Assembly (NCBI GenBank): GCA_964035545.1
Contig: OZ037769.1
Coordinates: forward strand, 10,322,633-10,386,632
Reading direction: 5' to 3'
Source of the DNA: Bugula neritina
Taxonomy: Eukaryota > Animalia > Bryozoa
DNA: 64,000 nt
Shown: positions 51,965-64,000 of the stretch, one piece after another
Position numbering within the stretch: the first letter of the stretch is position 1
Layout of the letters: every line of letters starts with the position of its first letter
Translations under genes and position numbers: made by a program
Notes under the pieces: generated by a model
Databases searched by the model: none
What the model saw: the letters and a program-made list of their open reading frames with translations, nothing else
Told to the model about the DNA's origin: nothing

Positions 51965-54249
51965 GGCAATAGATATTAAAAGTTTCTTGGGGTCAGTCAA
52001 CTACCTGTCCAGATATATTCGGAGTATATCACAGATGGCTGCTCCCCTCAGAGCCACGGCAGCGGCAAATCATTTTGCATTCAAGGAAGAAGATCGACTT
52101 GCATGGAAGATCAAGGAAGCTATTTTGGAGAAGACATTATTAAGGTACTATGATCCATCCAAGCCAGCTGTTATAGCATGTGATGCAAGTGGTAGTGGAC
52201 TTGGGGCAGTGCTACTTCAAGAAGGAAAACCAGTCTACTTTGCATCTAGGACTCTTTCGGATGTGAAGAGCAGATATCATCTCCTAGAGCTTGAGTGTCT
52301 AGCTGTTGTCTTTGCATGTGGGAGATTTGATCAATACATTTATGGTCAGCAAGACCTCACAAATTTCTCCAATCACAGACCATTAGAATATATTGTTAAG
52401 AAGGAGATGGAGAAATCACCAGTGAAACTGGAAAAGATGTTAATTGCTTTACAACGCTACGGCTATGACTTAAGATACAAGCCCGGAAAAGAGCAAGTAT
52501 TAGCTGATATGCTATCAAGATCGTCAACCGCAGATGAAAGTTTAGAGAAAAATAACAAAGTGGAGGTTTTCATGAGTGATATTGACGACAGCAATCCAGA
52601 AGAGTTCACTGACATGTCAGACAAGCGCATAGCTAGGATGAGAGAGTTTGCTTCGACTGATGAGACCTATATACTACTACTGTGGGAACAGATCAAAAGA
52701 GGATGGCCCGAGAAAAGGAAGGAATGTGAGGTATTGATCCAAAACAACTGGACATTTTCTGAGGAACTCTGTGAAAGAAATAATCTTGTATATAAAGGCA
52801 AAAGATTAGTAGTACCTAAAAACATGGAAACTGAGATAAGTGCAGCGCTACATGCAGCACATGGAAGTGCAGAGGCAATGATGATGAGGGCGCAGGGGCA
52901 TTTTATATTGATTGACCCGGAATGTGGAATGAACGAGAAAAAACAGTTGAACAATGTGTAGTATGCAAGAGGAATAAGCCAGCAAACAGAAAAGAACCAC
53001 TGATGGTTCACGATGTACCAAAACACAGATTTTTGAAAGTCGGATCCGATGTGCTCTATCATGGAGGACACGCATATTTCATTATAGTAGACTACAGGTT
53101 TGATTTCATTGAGCTAAAGAAACTGGAAGACGAAACAGCTGCATCTGTCATAGATGCATGCAAGGAGATCTTTGCCAGGCATGGTGTTCCAGAGGTCTTC
53201 CAAAGTAATAATGCACTTTATTACAACTGTACACTGTTTCAGAAGTTTGCAGAAGACTGGCGATTTACACACACATCATCGCCCGGACACTCACAGAGCA
53301 ATTGGCAAAGCTGAGTCTGCTGTAAAAATCATCAAACATATGCTCAATACATCAGATGATCCATGGAAAGCACTTATGGAATGACGTGCAACACCTAACA
53401 GAGACTTCCCTAGTCTTAGTGAACCGCTCTACGGCCGGAGGTCAAGAACATTAGTCCTTCAACCCCAAGAAGCATTGAGCGTCCAGGACTTGGACCAGAT
53501 AGTTACAGCCAGAAAGATTAGACAGCAACGGATGACGGAAACATATAACAGAAATAACCAGTTAACAACATTACAACATGGACAACCAGTGATGATAAAA
53601 CAGGTCAATGACAGAATTGCAAAGTGGCGACCAGTTGAGTGATAGATCCTATATAGTACGGAATGAAAAGGAGAATATAGTAAGAAGAAACAGAGTAGAT
53701 CTGCAGGAAACTGCCAGCAGCACGCCATCGATTGAAAGTAAGCCAGAAGCTATCAGTACAGATGTGAGGGGTTTTCAAATGAGACGAACTAAAGCTCAGG
53801 GAAACAGAAGCGGTGATGGACAGGCAACCCTGACAGCCGAAGTACATGAGAAGAAAACCTCATCAGGATTAGTATGCAAAACACCTGCATACCTGCGGGA
53901 CTATACCAATTAAGTCCTCGTGGAGCTGAAGGAGAGCTGGACAGCTCACATTCTCCTTCTTATTAAGGTCCATGACCTTAATCCTGAACATATGCTTGGA
54001 ATCCTGCTTTACAAGCGTTCATATAATTAGACTGTTATGCTTTATTACATCTTCATTTGCTGAAGAGCCCACAACTAGGACTTTCTATGAGTAGACTGCA
54101 TTATTACTTTACTTACCAGTTGAAAGAAAAAAAAATAGAATGTTGACAAATAAACTTGACCTTGAACTATGAGAGCCTCGTATTCATTCGCACCGGGATG
54201 GTCGACCATCTTGAACGATATTGCAATCACGAACTACATCAACACAACA
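51965..54249 (+). mobile_element. pol: 5'-truncated Ty3/Gypsy (Mag-like) element: RT connection, RNase H, integrase, probable short 3' LTR 54141-54249
   Basis: FLGSVNY, ACDASGSGLGAVLLQ, ELECLA, LADMLSR, HAAH, CVVC, VGSD, AESAVK, PAYLRDY; purine tract followed by TGTTG...CAACA. Confidence 0.85.
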
Positions 54250-54439
54250 TTTAACTGGTGAGTTATTATACTAATAATAACAGTGGTGTTGAACTCCTCC
54301 TCATTGGAGGATAGTGAGCTAATTCTTTTATTTATATTTTCTGGTAGGTTTTTTACTACTGCAGGTGGATGGTCGCTTTGCTTGTGTACATAGAGGATAG
54401 TGTTTCCTGGTTTCCTGTATTTGTACTACCATTTGTACT

Positions 54440-54732
54440 ATAAACTGATGACAAACTGCTAGTGAAAGCTGACAAAACTACTGACTTCTACAAACTATCT
54501 ATTTCTCAATCCCGAGATCTTACCAAAGACTACAAAAAAGCCCCACATGACCTAACTAAATCAATCACAACTAAGGACATCACAATCGCAAAATCACTAA
54601 ATTTAGACACCAGAATAGAAGTACTGGCCCAGAAAGAAGCTTTCATTAAATTAAAAGACCACAAACCTAACTTTAGTATTAAGCCATCCTGCAGACTAAT
54701 AAATCCCACCAAATCCAACATCGGTATAATCA
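54440..54732 (+). mobile_element. Penelope-like RT N-terminal fragment, interrupted by the Gypsy element and resuming at ~60884-60910
   Basis: VKADKT...LKDHKPNF...CRLINPTKSNIGII continues as SKQLIDNIN after the 3' LTR. Confidence 0.85.
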
Positions 54733-57700
54733 TGTAGTAGAATTCAAAGTACACACTAACATTGTAGTATATTTTTTGTTTGTTGTTTTCAGAGTTTTAT
54801 TTCCCTGCCACTTCCTTTTTGTGATATGAATAATTGAGTATGTGAGCCGAAACTCGGGCAAAATCGGAGCCAATGGTACAATTTCGGAAGGGTCTGTCCA
54901 ATTTCAGACAGATCCTTTCCAACTTCGGCCGGCGGAACTCCGAATTTCGGACCCCCATAGTGGCGGGAATTTTTGCGATATATACTGGCGAGATTTCTGG
55001 TGTAGATTCATTCTTACACTGGAGCTCGCCAAGGAAGGAATTATCAACAAATAAAGATTATTAGATTCAACTTGCCGAAGACTTTTATGCAACAAATAAC
55101 AACATTGGCATGCAGACAACTTAGCCTATTTCATACAAACTCGCAAAATCATAGCATTGATGGCAGCGGTAGGATGAAATAGATAAGTACGAAAAGCAGC
55201 CATACCAAGAAAAGGAAGAACAATGGAAGATGAAGGAGAGGAAGAAATGGTGAGAGAAAGAGGAGAGGATGATCGTCTCACCATGGAAGTTTTCATCCTG
55301 GCCCTCCGAGAAGTCAACAGGGCCAGGCAGGCAGTATCTGGAGACAGGTATCGCCTCAGGCCCCCAATTTTCGGAGGCGACGGAAACGTCGAACAATTGA
55401 TTAGGGAGTTCGAAAAGGTAGCCACCCTCGCCGAATGGCCGGCACAGGTGCGCCTTCTTCAACTTTGCACTTGCTCAATTGTGGGCAGTCCTGGGCCTGG
55501 TAGGGTACTACAGGCAGTACGTACCCAGGTTTGCAGAGGTAGCTCAACCTTTGAATTGACTGACCGCCAAGGGAGTCCGGTGGCAGTGGACACAAGAGGA
55601 GCAGCTGACCTTCGACCACCTCAAACAACGGCTAATGCAGGCGCCAATTCTGGCGTATCCTGACCCAGCCAAAGAGTACATCCTGGACACTGATGCCAGC
55701 GATCACAATGTGGGAGCTGTCTGGTCCCAGGTCCAGGGTGGAAGTGAGGTGGTTGTTGCTTATTACAGTAAGACACTCACGGCCACCGAAAAGAATTACT
55801 GTACTACTAGGAAGGAGCTCCTAGCAGTAGTCAAGGCGGTCAAACATTTCCATCCATATCTGTATGGAAGGACGTTCCGATTGCGAGCGGACCATGCATC
55901 TCTGATATGGCTGTGCAAGCGAGCTGAACCCTTGAGTCAGGTGGCTCGCTGGCTAGAAATTCTTGCTAAATTCTCTTACCAGATAGGGCACCATACTGGC
56001 AAGAAACATGGAAACGCTGACGGCATGAGTCACCTACCGATAAGGGACTGTAAGCAGTGCCTGCACATCGAAAAACGTGATGGGGGACCTGCTCGCTTGG
56101 ACACCGAGAAATAATTGGGGGAAGGCAATGTCTATCGCTGGGAACACGGCCATCTTTAGGCCGAAACCCACGCAGACGACGTCCGGGCACCTCGTGCTAA
56201 CCACACGTTGTACCAGAATGTTAAAGAGCTGTGTCGACTACAGGAGACGCTACCCGGAGCAGTCGCTGATATCTTCCGGGCAAAGAAGGAAGGCCGTCGA
56301 CCCACGGAAGAGCAGCAGCGACATGAGGACGCGAAGTTCAGGTTGTTCCGTCACAGCTGGAATTTTCTCCAGATCCGTGCAAGCGGCCTCCTGACTACAC
56401 TCGCAGCAGACAACCAACAACAGGAGGAAGATCATGTCATATGTCCACGCGCTCTCCGTCAGGAACCCAACTGAGATACCCATAAACAAGCCCACGCTGG
56501 GGCCAGTCGGGTTGTCAGATGCCTGCAGATGCGAAGGTTTTGGCCTGGAATGACCAGGGATGTCCGGCTGAGAATTCGACAATGCGAGATCTGTCAAGCC
56601 AGCAAACACGAGCGCCCCACCGAGACCACGGGTCGGCGCCGGCTTTACGCCGGTTGGCCTTGGCAGGTCGTGGCTGTGGGCTTCGTGGGACCAATGCCTA
56701 CAATGGATAGGAGAAACGCTTGGATTTGGGTGTTGACAGACCTATTCACGCGGTGGGCGGACGCCCTGGCTATTCCCGATGCAGCGGCACCTACGGTAGC
56801 CCGGTTCCTGGGCCAACACATGTTCTGTTACTTTGGCCTACCGGAAAAGATACCCACCGGCCAGGGCGCCCAATTCCAATCACAACCAATGAAAGACCTC
56901 TGCCGAGTATGGGGGTGAATCAGAGCCAGACCACCCCAAACCACCCTCAGGGAAACGGGGTGGTAGAAAGAAGTAATCGAATGCTGGGTGACCCTCTCCA
57001 GAGTCTCTTGTTGGGAATGAGTCAAGAAGAGTGGGACATCATGTTACCACAAATTATGCAAGCATATCAGAGTACCCCTCACTCTAGTACACATGAAACG
57101 CCAAATCTGTTGATGTTGGGCCGCGAAACTAGAGTTCCGGAGCATTTCACTTACCACGTTCCGCCTCCCGAATTTCCCGTACACGAGTATGTAGGGAAGC
57201 TGGTCGAGACCATGAGGAAAGCTCAAGAAGCCCTGCGAGAGAAACAGTGGGCAGTGCAAACAGAAAATTCCGAGGAATCCCCCTAATACCAAGAAGAAGA
57301 CTGGGTGTGGATGGTCAGCTACCGTAGGCGATGCGGACAGTCGGCTAAATTACAGCCTAAGTTCGTCCGCCCCTATTGCGTAGTAGAGGTTTTACCCAAC
57401 CATACATACCGTGTGGAGCGCTCAGGACAAATATCCATCCAAAACGAGCAATGGTTGAAACCCTACTACGAAAGCCCAGAAACTGCAGGACAGGCACCAC
57501 CACTACTAGAACCAGCACGTCAACCCATATCCCGTGGAAGAAGGAATCGGCCCAGAGACTGGGAGATAATAGTTCGTAATCCCGAAGTAGATAATACCTT
57601 AGAACCTCAGCCTCAGAACCCACCACCAATTCCTCTCATTCAGAATCCACCCACCAACCAAACAGAGGACCCTCCACCATCACCAGAAGCCCTAAAAGAA

Positions 57701-58419
57701 ATACTCCCAACACAAAACACTCAAGACCAGCCAGATACTTCGGCTACAAACACCTTGGGGAGAGGTAAAAGGGATAGAAGACCCCCAAACTACTTGGCTG
57801 ACTACCACGTTGGGTACCTAACTGACCCTCAACTTTCGAATTGTTCACCCAAAACAAGTATAAATTCGGCCCACAACCTCAAACCAGCCATAAATAATTC
57901 AACAACTACAGAAACATGAAGCCGAAATTCGGAGGCAAACCGATACCCGGAGTTGCCCAATTTAATTGACCAGTTGACCGATCACGTGACTGGCGATTCC
58001 GTGAAGTTTAAAATTAAAATCTCGGCTATTTTGACCACAGCTGTAAGAGAAGAACGTGCTTTCAATTAAAAAATCAAAACCGAAGAGAAAATGGAACCAC
58101 GAACAACTGAGAATATCAAAATCATGACACAATCAGGTATTTCCAGCTTGCTAAAACCCCCCTTTGCGGGGTATAGTAGCTCATTTGATTTGTTTTCACC
58201 ATCAGTTAGAAACTGAATTATTTCAGGACAGCAAATGTTAGGTAGATTTAGAAGAGTCCCCAGTCCATGACTACCTGCTAGACCAGGGGATCGGACGGGT
58301 GGCTCTTCAACTATCACCCGATTTACCGCTTTGTCGGAGAGTTCCGTACAAAGAGATGCCAAATTTTGGCATCGATAGACTCGGCCCATCACTGCCTCTA
58401 CTTTCTGTTTCAAAAGCCA

Positions 58420-59260
58420 TGGAGTGCGAAGCAATTGGGGCGAGTCATGTCGACTCCCAATCTAGAGTGACCCCTGAGACGGTTGCTACAAACCCTCAAG
58501 GAACTCCTGCACCTAGGCCCGCATCTCCTGTTCAACCAGAAAATACTATCCCTCCAGCTGACGGCCCTCCATCTGAAGAAGACCTGCAGCAAAGCAACGA
58601 GCCTGCATATCAGCATTTAGCCCGCCCACAAGTGTTAACAGAACGGCTACATTGGACGGCGGCCGAAACAAGAATGAAAATAGAAAGGGATTGTGTGGAA
58701 GCCAGCAACCGCAAGTGCTGCCAGGCGACTGCGTGTGTATGTGCCCCAGCACTACTCGAATGTCTTTTGCCCATGTGGCAAATTTTTGTTCCAAAGGTAC
58801 TACGTGCTGCGTCATCAACGCATAGCTCGCTGCCACACGGGCCAGACATTAGTAGTAGATGCGGAGACCTTTTCCGAGTTCTGGGATCTGGTCCTGACGC
58901 ACGTCTGCGACCCCCACAAACGGGCCACACTTGCCCAAGGCTTCCCGGGGTGTCGGCCCACACAGGAGAGCACCGATGAGGAGCCGGCGCCAGCAACCCA
59001 ACCAGCAGCTACCCAGCCCCTCAGGGTCGTGCTGGCTCGGGTTGACAGTGTCGAGAAGTGGGCCCCCCCAGGTCTCCGGACCCAAAAGAAGACGGCATCA
59101 GGAGCCTAAGACTCCAGCCCCGACTGACAAGGTGCGATGCCCACACGAAGCAGAGGTCTTCCGCCTCAGACGCCAGCTACGGCTAGTAGACGATGAACTG
59201 CGTTCTGTCCGCCACCGCTTGGATAAGTTGGAATGCCCCAAGAGCAGCCGCCGCAATTGA
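58420..59260 (+). pseudogene. Third ORF of the Gypsy element (zinc finger, GFP motif, coiled coil), frameshifted
   Basis: RRLRVYVPQHYSNVFCPCGKFLFQRYYVLRHQRIARC...LAQGFPGCRP and EVFRLRRQLRLVDDELRSVRHRLDKLE align with 28923-29987. Confidence 0.7.
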
Positions 59261-59574
59261 CTTAATATACGGTACTACTGACAACCTATTAGATCACAAT
59301 ACTCTGTTTTATAGTTCTGTTTGTATATTTTCTTGTATTTTTTTTGTATCTATCTCCCCAGCTCATAAGAGGTTTTCTTTTTTGTACTTTTGATCGGAGA
59401 GGGGGTACTTTCCGATGAGGGGGGGGGTGAGTGTAGTAGAATTCAAAGTACACACTAACATTGTATTATATTTTTTTTGTTTTCAGAGTTGTATTTTCCC
59501 GCCACTTTCTTTTTGTGATATAAATAATTGAGTATGTGAGCCGAAACTCGGCCGAAATCGAAGCCAATGGTACG

Positions 59575-60062
59575 GCTCAAACATTTTGAATGAAAGACCT
59601 ACAGGATTAATGTTGGCAAGTGATTCAGGAATCAACATTTTTACTCCAAATTGCTTACTTATTGGCAGGCCAATTGCAATGCAGCCGGGAGTAGTGTATA
59701 GCAGTCCTAAATGCAGAACGTGAATGTTAAACATGGACATGATCATAAAAGACTTTTGGAAAAAGTGGGTTGAGTGCTATGCCCCTACTATGGTAAGACA
59801 AAACAAGTGGCATTCTGAAAGCTTAAGAGAACTGAAAGTTGGAGATGTAGTGGTGGTGGCAGACAGGAACGCTCTTCGTGGGCAATATTTTATTGCAAAA
59901 GTTTGTGAAACATTCCCAGGAATCGATGGTAGGGTTAAAAAAGTTGCAGTGCAGTACAAAATATTCAGAGTTGGATCAACTGTGAGAGATTGTACAGGGT
60001 GCAAAGAGGCCGTGATTATTTGTGCGGTGCAGAAACTTGCATTGTTTGTCCCAGTCGACTAG
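59575..60062 (+). mobile_element. BEL/Pao integrase C-terminal fragment
   Basis: NILNERP...TPNCLLIGR, FWKKWVECY, KWH, LKVGDVVVV, FPGIDGRVKKV are typical of the BEL/Pao pol end. Confidence 0.85.
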
Positions 60063-62678
60063 GTGCGCTTTTAGGTTCGTGTCGGTGCCAAACCAAACAA
60101 TCAGTTTACACTAAATTTAACAGTGAGGTTTGCAATGTATCTGATAAGCCAAATAGTACTTTTGCTTACTGTTAAGTTTTTTTACATTCCAATGTTATGT
60201 TTTTTGTTGCCGTTATATTTTGTTCATTGTTATTTTTTGATTAAATTAGAAATTTAATTTAATCAACCCCGCCCCTCCGGTGTTGCAGTGACTTCTTGGC
60301 AGCTTTCCAAAAATCATTGTGTAATGAAAGCTATTTTTGAAAGCTTTCGCGATAGCTATTTACTGACAGTTTTTGGTAGATGAGTCAGTGTAGCTCAGTT
60401 TTCCTCCTGCTAAAGATGCAGGCAATCTATACTTAATTGTCAAAATAACCAAGTATTAAGTATTATATTATTTTTTGTTTTGAACTTCATTAACTAAATG
60501 TTTTGTCAGCTATGTAATTAATGTTAAACTAACAAGGTTTTTGTAATTTTTATGGTTATAGGTTACAGTACGAGTATGAGTAAAGTACAAGTATGAGTAT
60601 GAATGTTAGCTCAAGTCTAACTCTAACTTAGAAAATATACTGTTGGCAATAGACAAAAAAAGAAAAAAAATTTCTTCTTTTCTAATGTGGCAGGAATTTT
60701 TACAATATATAACGGCGAGATTTCCAGTGTAGATTCATTCTTACACTGGAGCTCGCCAAGGAAGGAACTATCAACAAATGAAGATTATTAGATTCAACTT
60801 TCAGATAACTTTTATGCAACAAATAACAACATTGGCATGCAGACTACATAGCCTATTTCATACAAACTCGCAAAATCATAACATCAGCAAACAATTAATA
60901 GACAATATAAATGTTCAACATGTTAAGAAGGAATTTTGTGTTAGAACGTTTAGTGAGGATCTAGCAGTCACTAAATTTAAAATTTATAGCAAAACACACA
61001 AAAATCACTGCGTTAATGATGAAATACTGAAAAGGTGGATTAATGAGCAAAGAAACTGGAAGCAATTCCTTTGCTCCATCTAAAGATAGACTACTGCTTT
61101 CATAGATAATTTAATGTAATTAAGCAAGGCACAAAAGGAAAACAGTAAAAATAAAATACTACAAATCCTGGTAACACTAATTTAGAAAGCAAAATAAATG
61201 AGCTAAATGGAACTAAATTAACTTACTATCACTAAATGAGTTAAAAAAAACTATTTTTCCAATCTAATTTCAAAAGAAATTTTGCCCATGTATTAACCTG
61301 GAAGGTGCTATGCAAGTTAAAAATCACATTGAGGAAACGAATAGCAACTCTTAATCACAAAGTTGCTAGAAAAGAGCATTCAATGTGTTCACATTTTCTA
61401 GTGAATTCAAATAGATATTTTTAGTACTTTCAAATGTAGAAAGCTAGAAACAAAAACATTATTGATGTTAATGATGTGTTATTGACAGAGAAATGGTGTC
61501 TTGCCAGTAGCTAGGTTTGAAACTTCTTTTAATAAAAATGTATGAATAAGAAATTATAAGATATTTTTGAGAACATTAGGAAAATGAGATAACAAAATTA
61601 GCAAATCAAGTAAAAGTAGCAAATCTTTTAGTATGATCTCAAGTTTATACTGAATCGCTCTTATGTTATGTTTATACCTCTGCAGTGTTCAGCCGAGAAA
61701 TTTTTATTTGGCTGAGTTGAAATTTAACTGTTGAGTTACATTGTAAAAACCATTCCTCAATTTTTTGTTCTGACAACTTAATGGGTCAAAATAATGTTGC
61801 TTGCAACATCAACTGTGGAGTATTCCATCTTCACAGATGTTTGTGTTAGCAACAGTCACACTCTCTGAACGTTGAGTGTAGCTACATCACTACACCTATT
61901 AAGAGTAAGCTATCATTATATTTATTTTTACCTATATACTTGGAGTATATGGATGAATGCTAAAAGGAACTAGAAAATTTTAACTTTCTTTTGACAATAC
62001 AATTAATATTGCTTTTAAACTTGTTTGCTCATGAGAATATTGAAAAATATGTGTGTCACTTTAAGCTCAGTTTGCTCAGTCATGGCAATAATATTCAGTC
62101 GCAACAATCAATTTATAAAAAATATACATAACCCATATTATATCAAAGCTACTATTAAGTTAATATGTGATACAAGTAAGTCTAGTAGCCAATTCACTTC
62201 TTATTCAGCAAAACATATCCTGTCTATGTATGAATCATTTCCAGTCTCTATAGCAGGTTGGTTTTCCAGTGTAAAATGTAATGCATGATGCCCTAATGAT
62301 GAAGTTATTATTGCTCCTACACTTGATTCGTAATTTGATTTCAATATCATTTAGCTCATGCAAGGTTACTGTTTTATTTTAATATTTTTATTTCATATCA
62401 GAAAATGAAGAAAAATACACAGGCCTTCTGTGCTATGGTAACCCGGAGAAGATCGCAAGAAATATATTCAGCTAGGGGATCGAAAAAGTGTATTTGTCAG
62501 TTTGGGTTGTATCAAAAATAATTTTTCCTTCAATTCTCACTCGGAAAGGTGGGAAAAAGAACAACACAGGGGATTAGAGAGACTTAAGTATTTGTTAGTT
62601 TGGATTGCATCAACATCAGATTTCATTCCAGTTGAAAACTCAAGTCAATAAAAAGCCAGTTACAGAAAAAAAATTAAG

Positions 62679-64000
62679 GGCGCTTTGGATACCCTACTCG
62701 TAGGGGTAATTGTAGGGTAGGGTGCAATTATTTGAGCAATTACAGCAATTTTACTTAGACATTTTTGTTAACGAGTGCAACCGATAAAATATTAGCTTTA
62801 TTAACGAATAGCATCTACTAAGATTTTTGAGCTACATTAGCGATGCAGTAAATAATGTTTTAGCATTTTGCTGTGTACACTACCAACGCCCGCTGCAGAC
62901 GAATACATCTGCATCTTTCTCTGTGCAAAGCATCAACTAGTCACTATCGTGTTCATTTAACTCAAAACTATGGAGCCCTCAAGCAACTGTAAGTAGCAAT
63001 AACTTGCCATAGTATAAAATCAACCACGAATACAACATTTATTGTCATTATGTATGTTACATTATTTTATATAAGTTGATTTTTAATAAATTTCAAAGTG
63101 AAAGTTACTTTTAACTTTTTAAGATAATGGAGAAGAAGCAACGCAAGTACATATAGCCTACTGACTATGTTCATGTTATCAGGTTTTGTTCAAATTAAAT
63201 GTTTTGAAGAAAGTGTTCCAGTCATTGTATTACATATAGCATAAAAATATATCAAATATAAAATACATAAATGTATACTGTAATAGGTGTTGGTCAAATA
63301 CTACTACTACTATCACTACTATGAGTACTACAGTGCCCATGTTCAGAAATAAAGAGAAGGCAAATCCATATTCAAGTGTCTCAACATTTTTAAGCATGGA
63401 CTCTGAAGAAACAACAGACCAGCTGATGTAATTACTTCCACTAATATTAGAATCTCTTGAAGGCAGCAGTAGCAGCTTTTCATCTGAGGATGATGACACC
63501 ATGACAACCATCCCAAGACACCTGCCCAAGAGCAGGCGATATTTTGATCTGATAACGAATATGGACAATGAAGAGTTCTTCAGTCACTTTAGAATGGGAA
63601 AGGGTTAGTGCATTTCAAATTTTAGTCAGTAGCAGCTTTTCATCTGAGGATGATGACACCATGACAACCATCCCAAGACACCTGCCCAAGAGCAGGCAAT
63701 ATTTTGATCTGATAACGAATATGGACAATGAAGAGTTCTTCAGTCACTTTAGAATGGGAAGGGGTTAGTGCCTTTCAAATTTTAGTCAGTCGCATTATTT
63801 CACTTGATAATATCGATCATGCTAGCAATAATAACACTGCATAATTTTTAAAACAGCATGGTGTAATGACTAAATGTAAATTGCATAGCAAAAATATGTG
63901 CAGAGATGTTAATGCTAAAATGTGGCTAATTTTGCAGATGCATTCAACCTCTGTTGTGAAAATGATGAAAGAATCCAGGCTTACTCTGTACAGCCATGGT
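62679..64000 (+). mobile_element. PIF/Harbinger-like transposon 5' part with intron-containing transposase; runs off the window
   Basis: taa|GGGCGCTTTGGATAC terminus; exon encoding MDNEEFFSHFRMG, typical of Harbinger transposase N-termini; GT/AG signals near 62989, 63604 and 63938. Confidence 0.6.
63467..63790 (+). repeat. 160 bp tandem duplication
   Basis: 63467-63626 repeated at 63627-63790 with about 3 substitutions and cagt junction microhomology. Confidence 0.92.

Larger units (their letters stand above)
54733..60883 (+). mobile_element. Internally deleted Ty3/Gypsy element with extra 3' ORF and split 3' LTR
   Basis: 5' LTR ~54733-55156; PBS remnant tgatggcagcggtaggat; gag N-terminus fused at ~55480 to LGLVGYYRQY; RNase H 55635-56114; integrase ~56470-57919; G-rich PPT 59417-59431; 3' LTR halves at 59432-59573 and ~60687-60883. 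Confidence 0.88.

Noticed and set aside
51965-54249. Autonomous partner of the Gag-PR element at 18332-20999
   Set aside because: Its putative LTR (54141-54249) shows no similarity to the 128 bp LTR, and it is disrupted.

Overview
AT-rich eukaryotic DNA, most consistent with an invertebrate animal (spliceosomal intron signals, (TA)n microsatellites, a class-A GPCR and a nicotinic acetylcholine receptor exon). It is dominated by nested transposable elements. Retroelements: two RTE-type LINEs; Penelope-like (PLE) fragments with type I hammerhead ribozymes; a tRNA-derived SINE family; three related Ty3/Gypsy copies; a Mag-like Gypsy pol fragment; a BEL/Pao fragment; two solo LTRs. DNA elements: Tc1/mariner-like, hAT and PIF/Harbinger. 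Host-like sequence is limited to a frameshifted 7TM GPCR, a disabled nAChR exon and a ~5.4 kb unit repeated three times (36.4-51.9 kb). The most interesting observations are: (1) two divergent Gypsy elements share a non-env third ORF after integrase (double zinc finger, Pro-rich linker, coiled coil); (2) a 2.67 kb LTR element with identical 128 bp LTRs encodes only an intact Gag-protease; (3) one intact and two decayed hammerhead ribozymes, one inside a retrozyme-like 271 bp unit; (4) a pre-miRNA-like hairpin and a cryptic spliced unit in each copy of the triplication. All calls were made by eye; no searches or folding programs were run.
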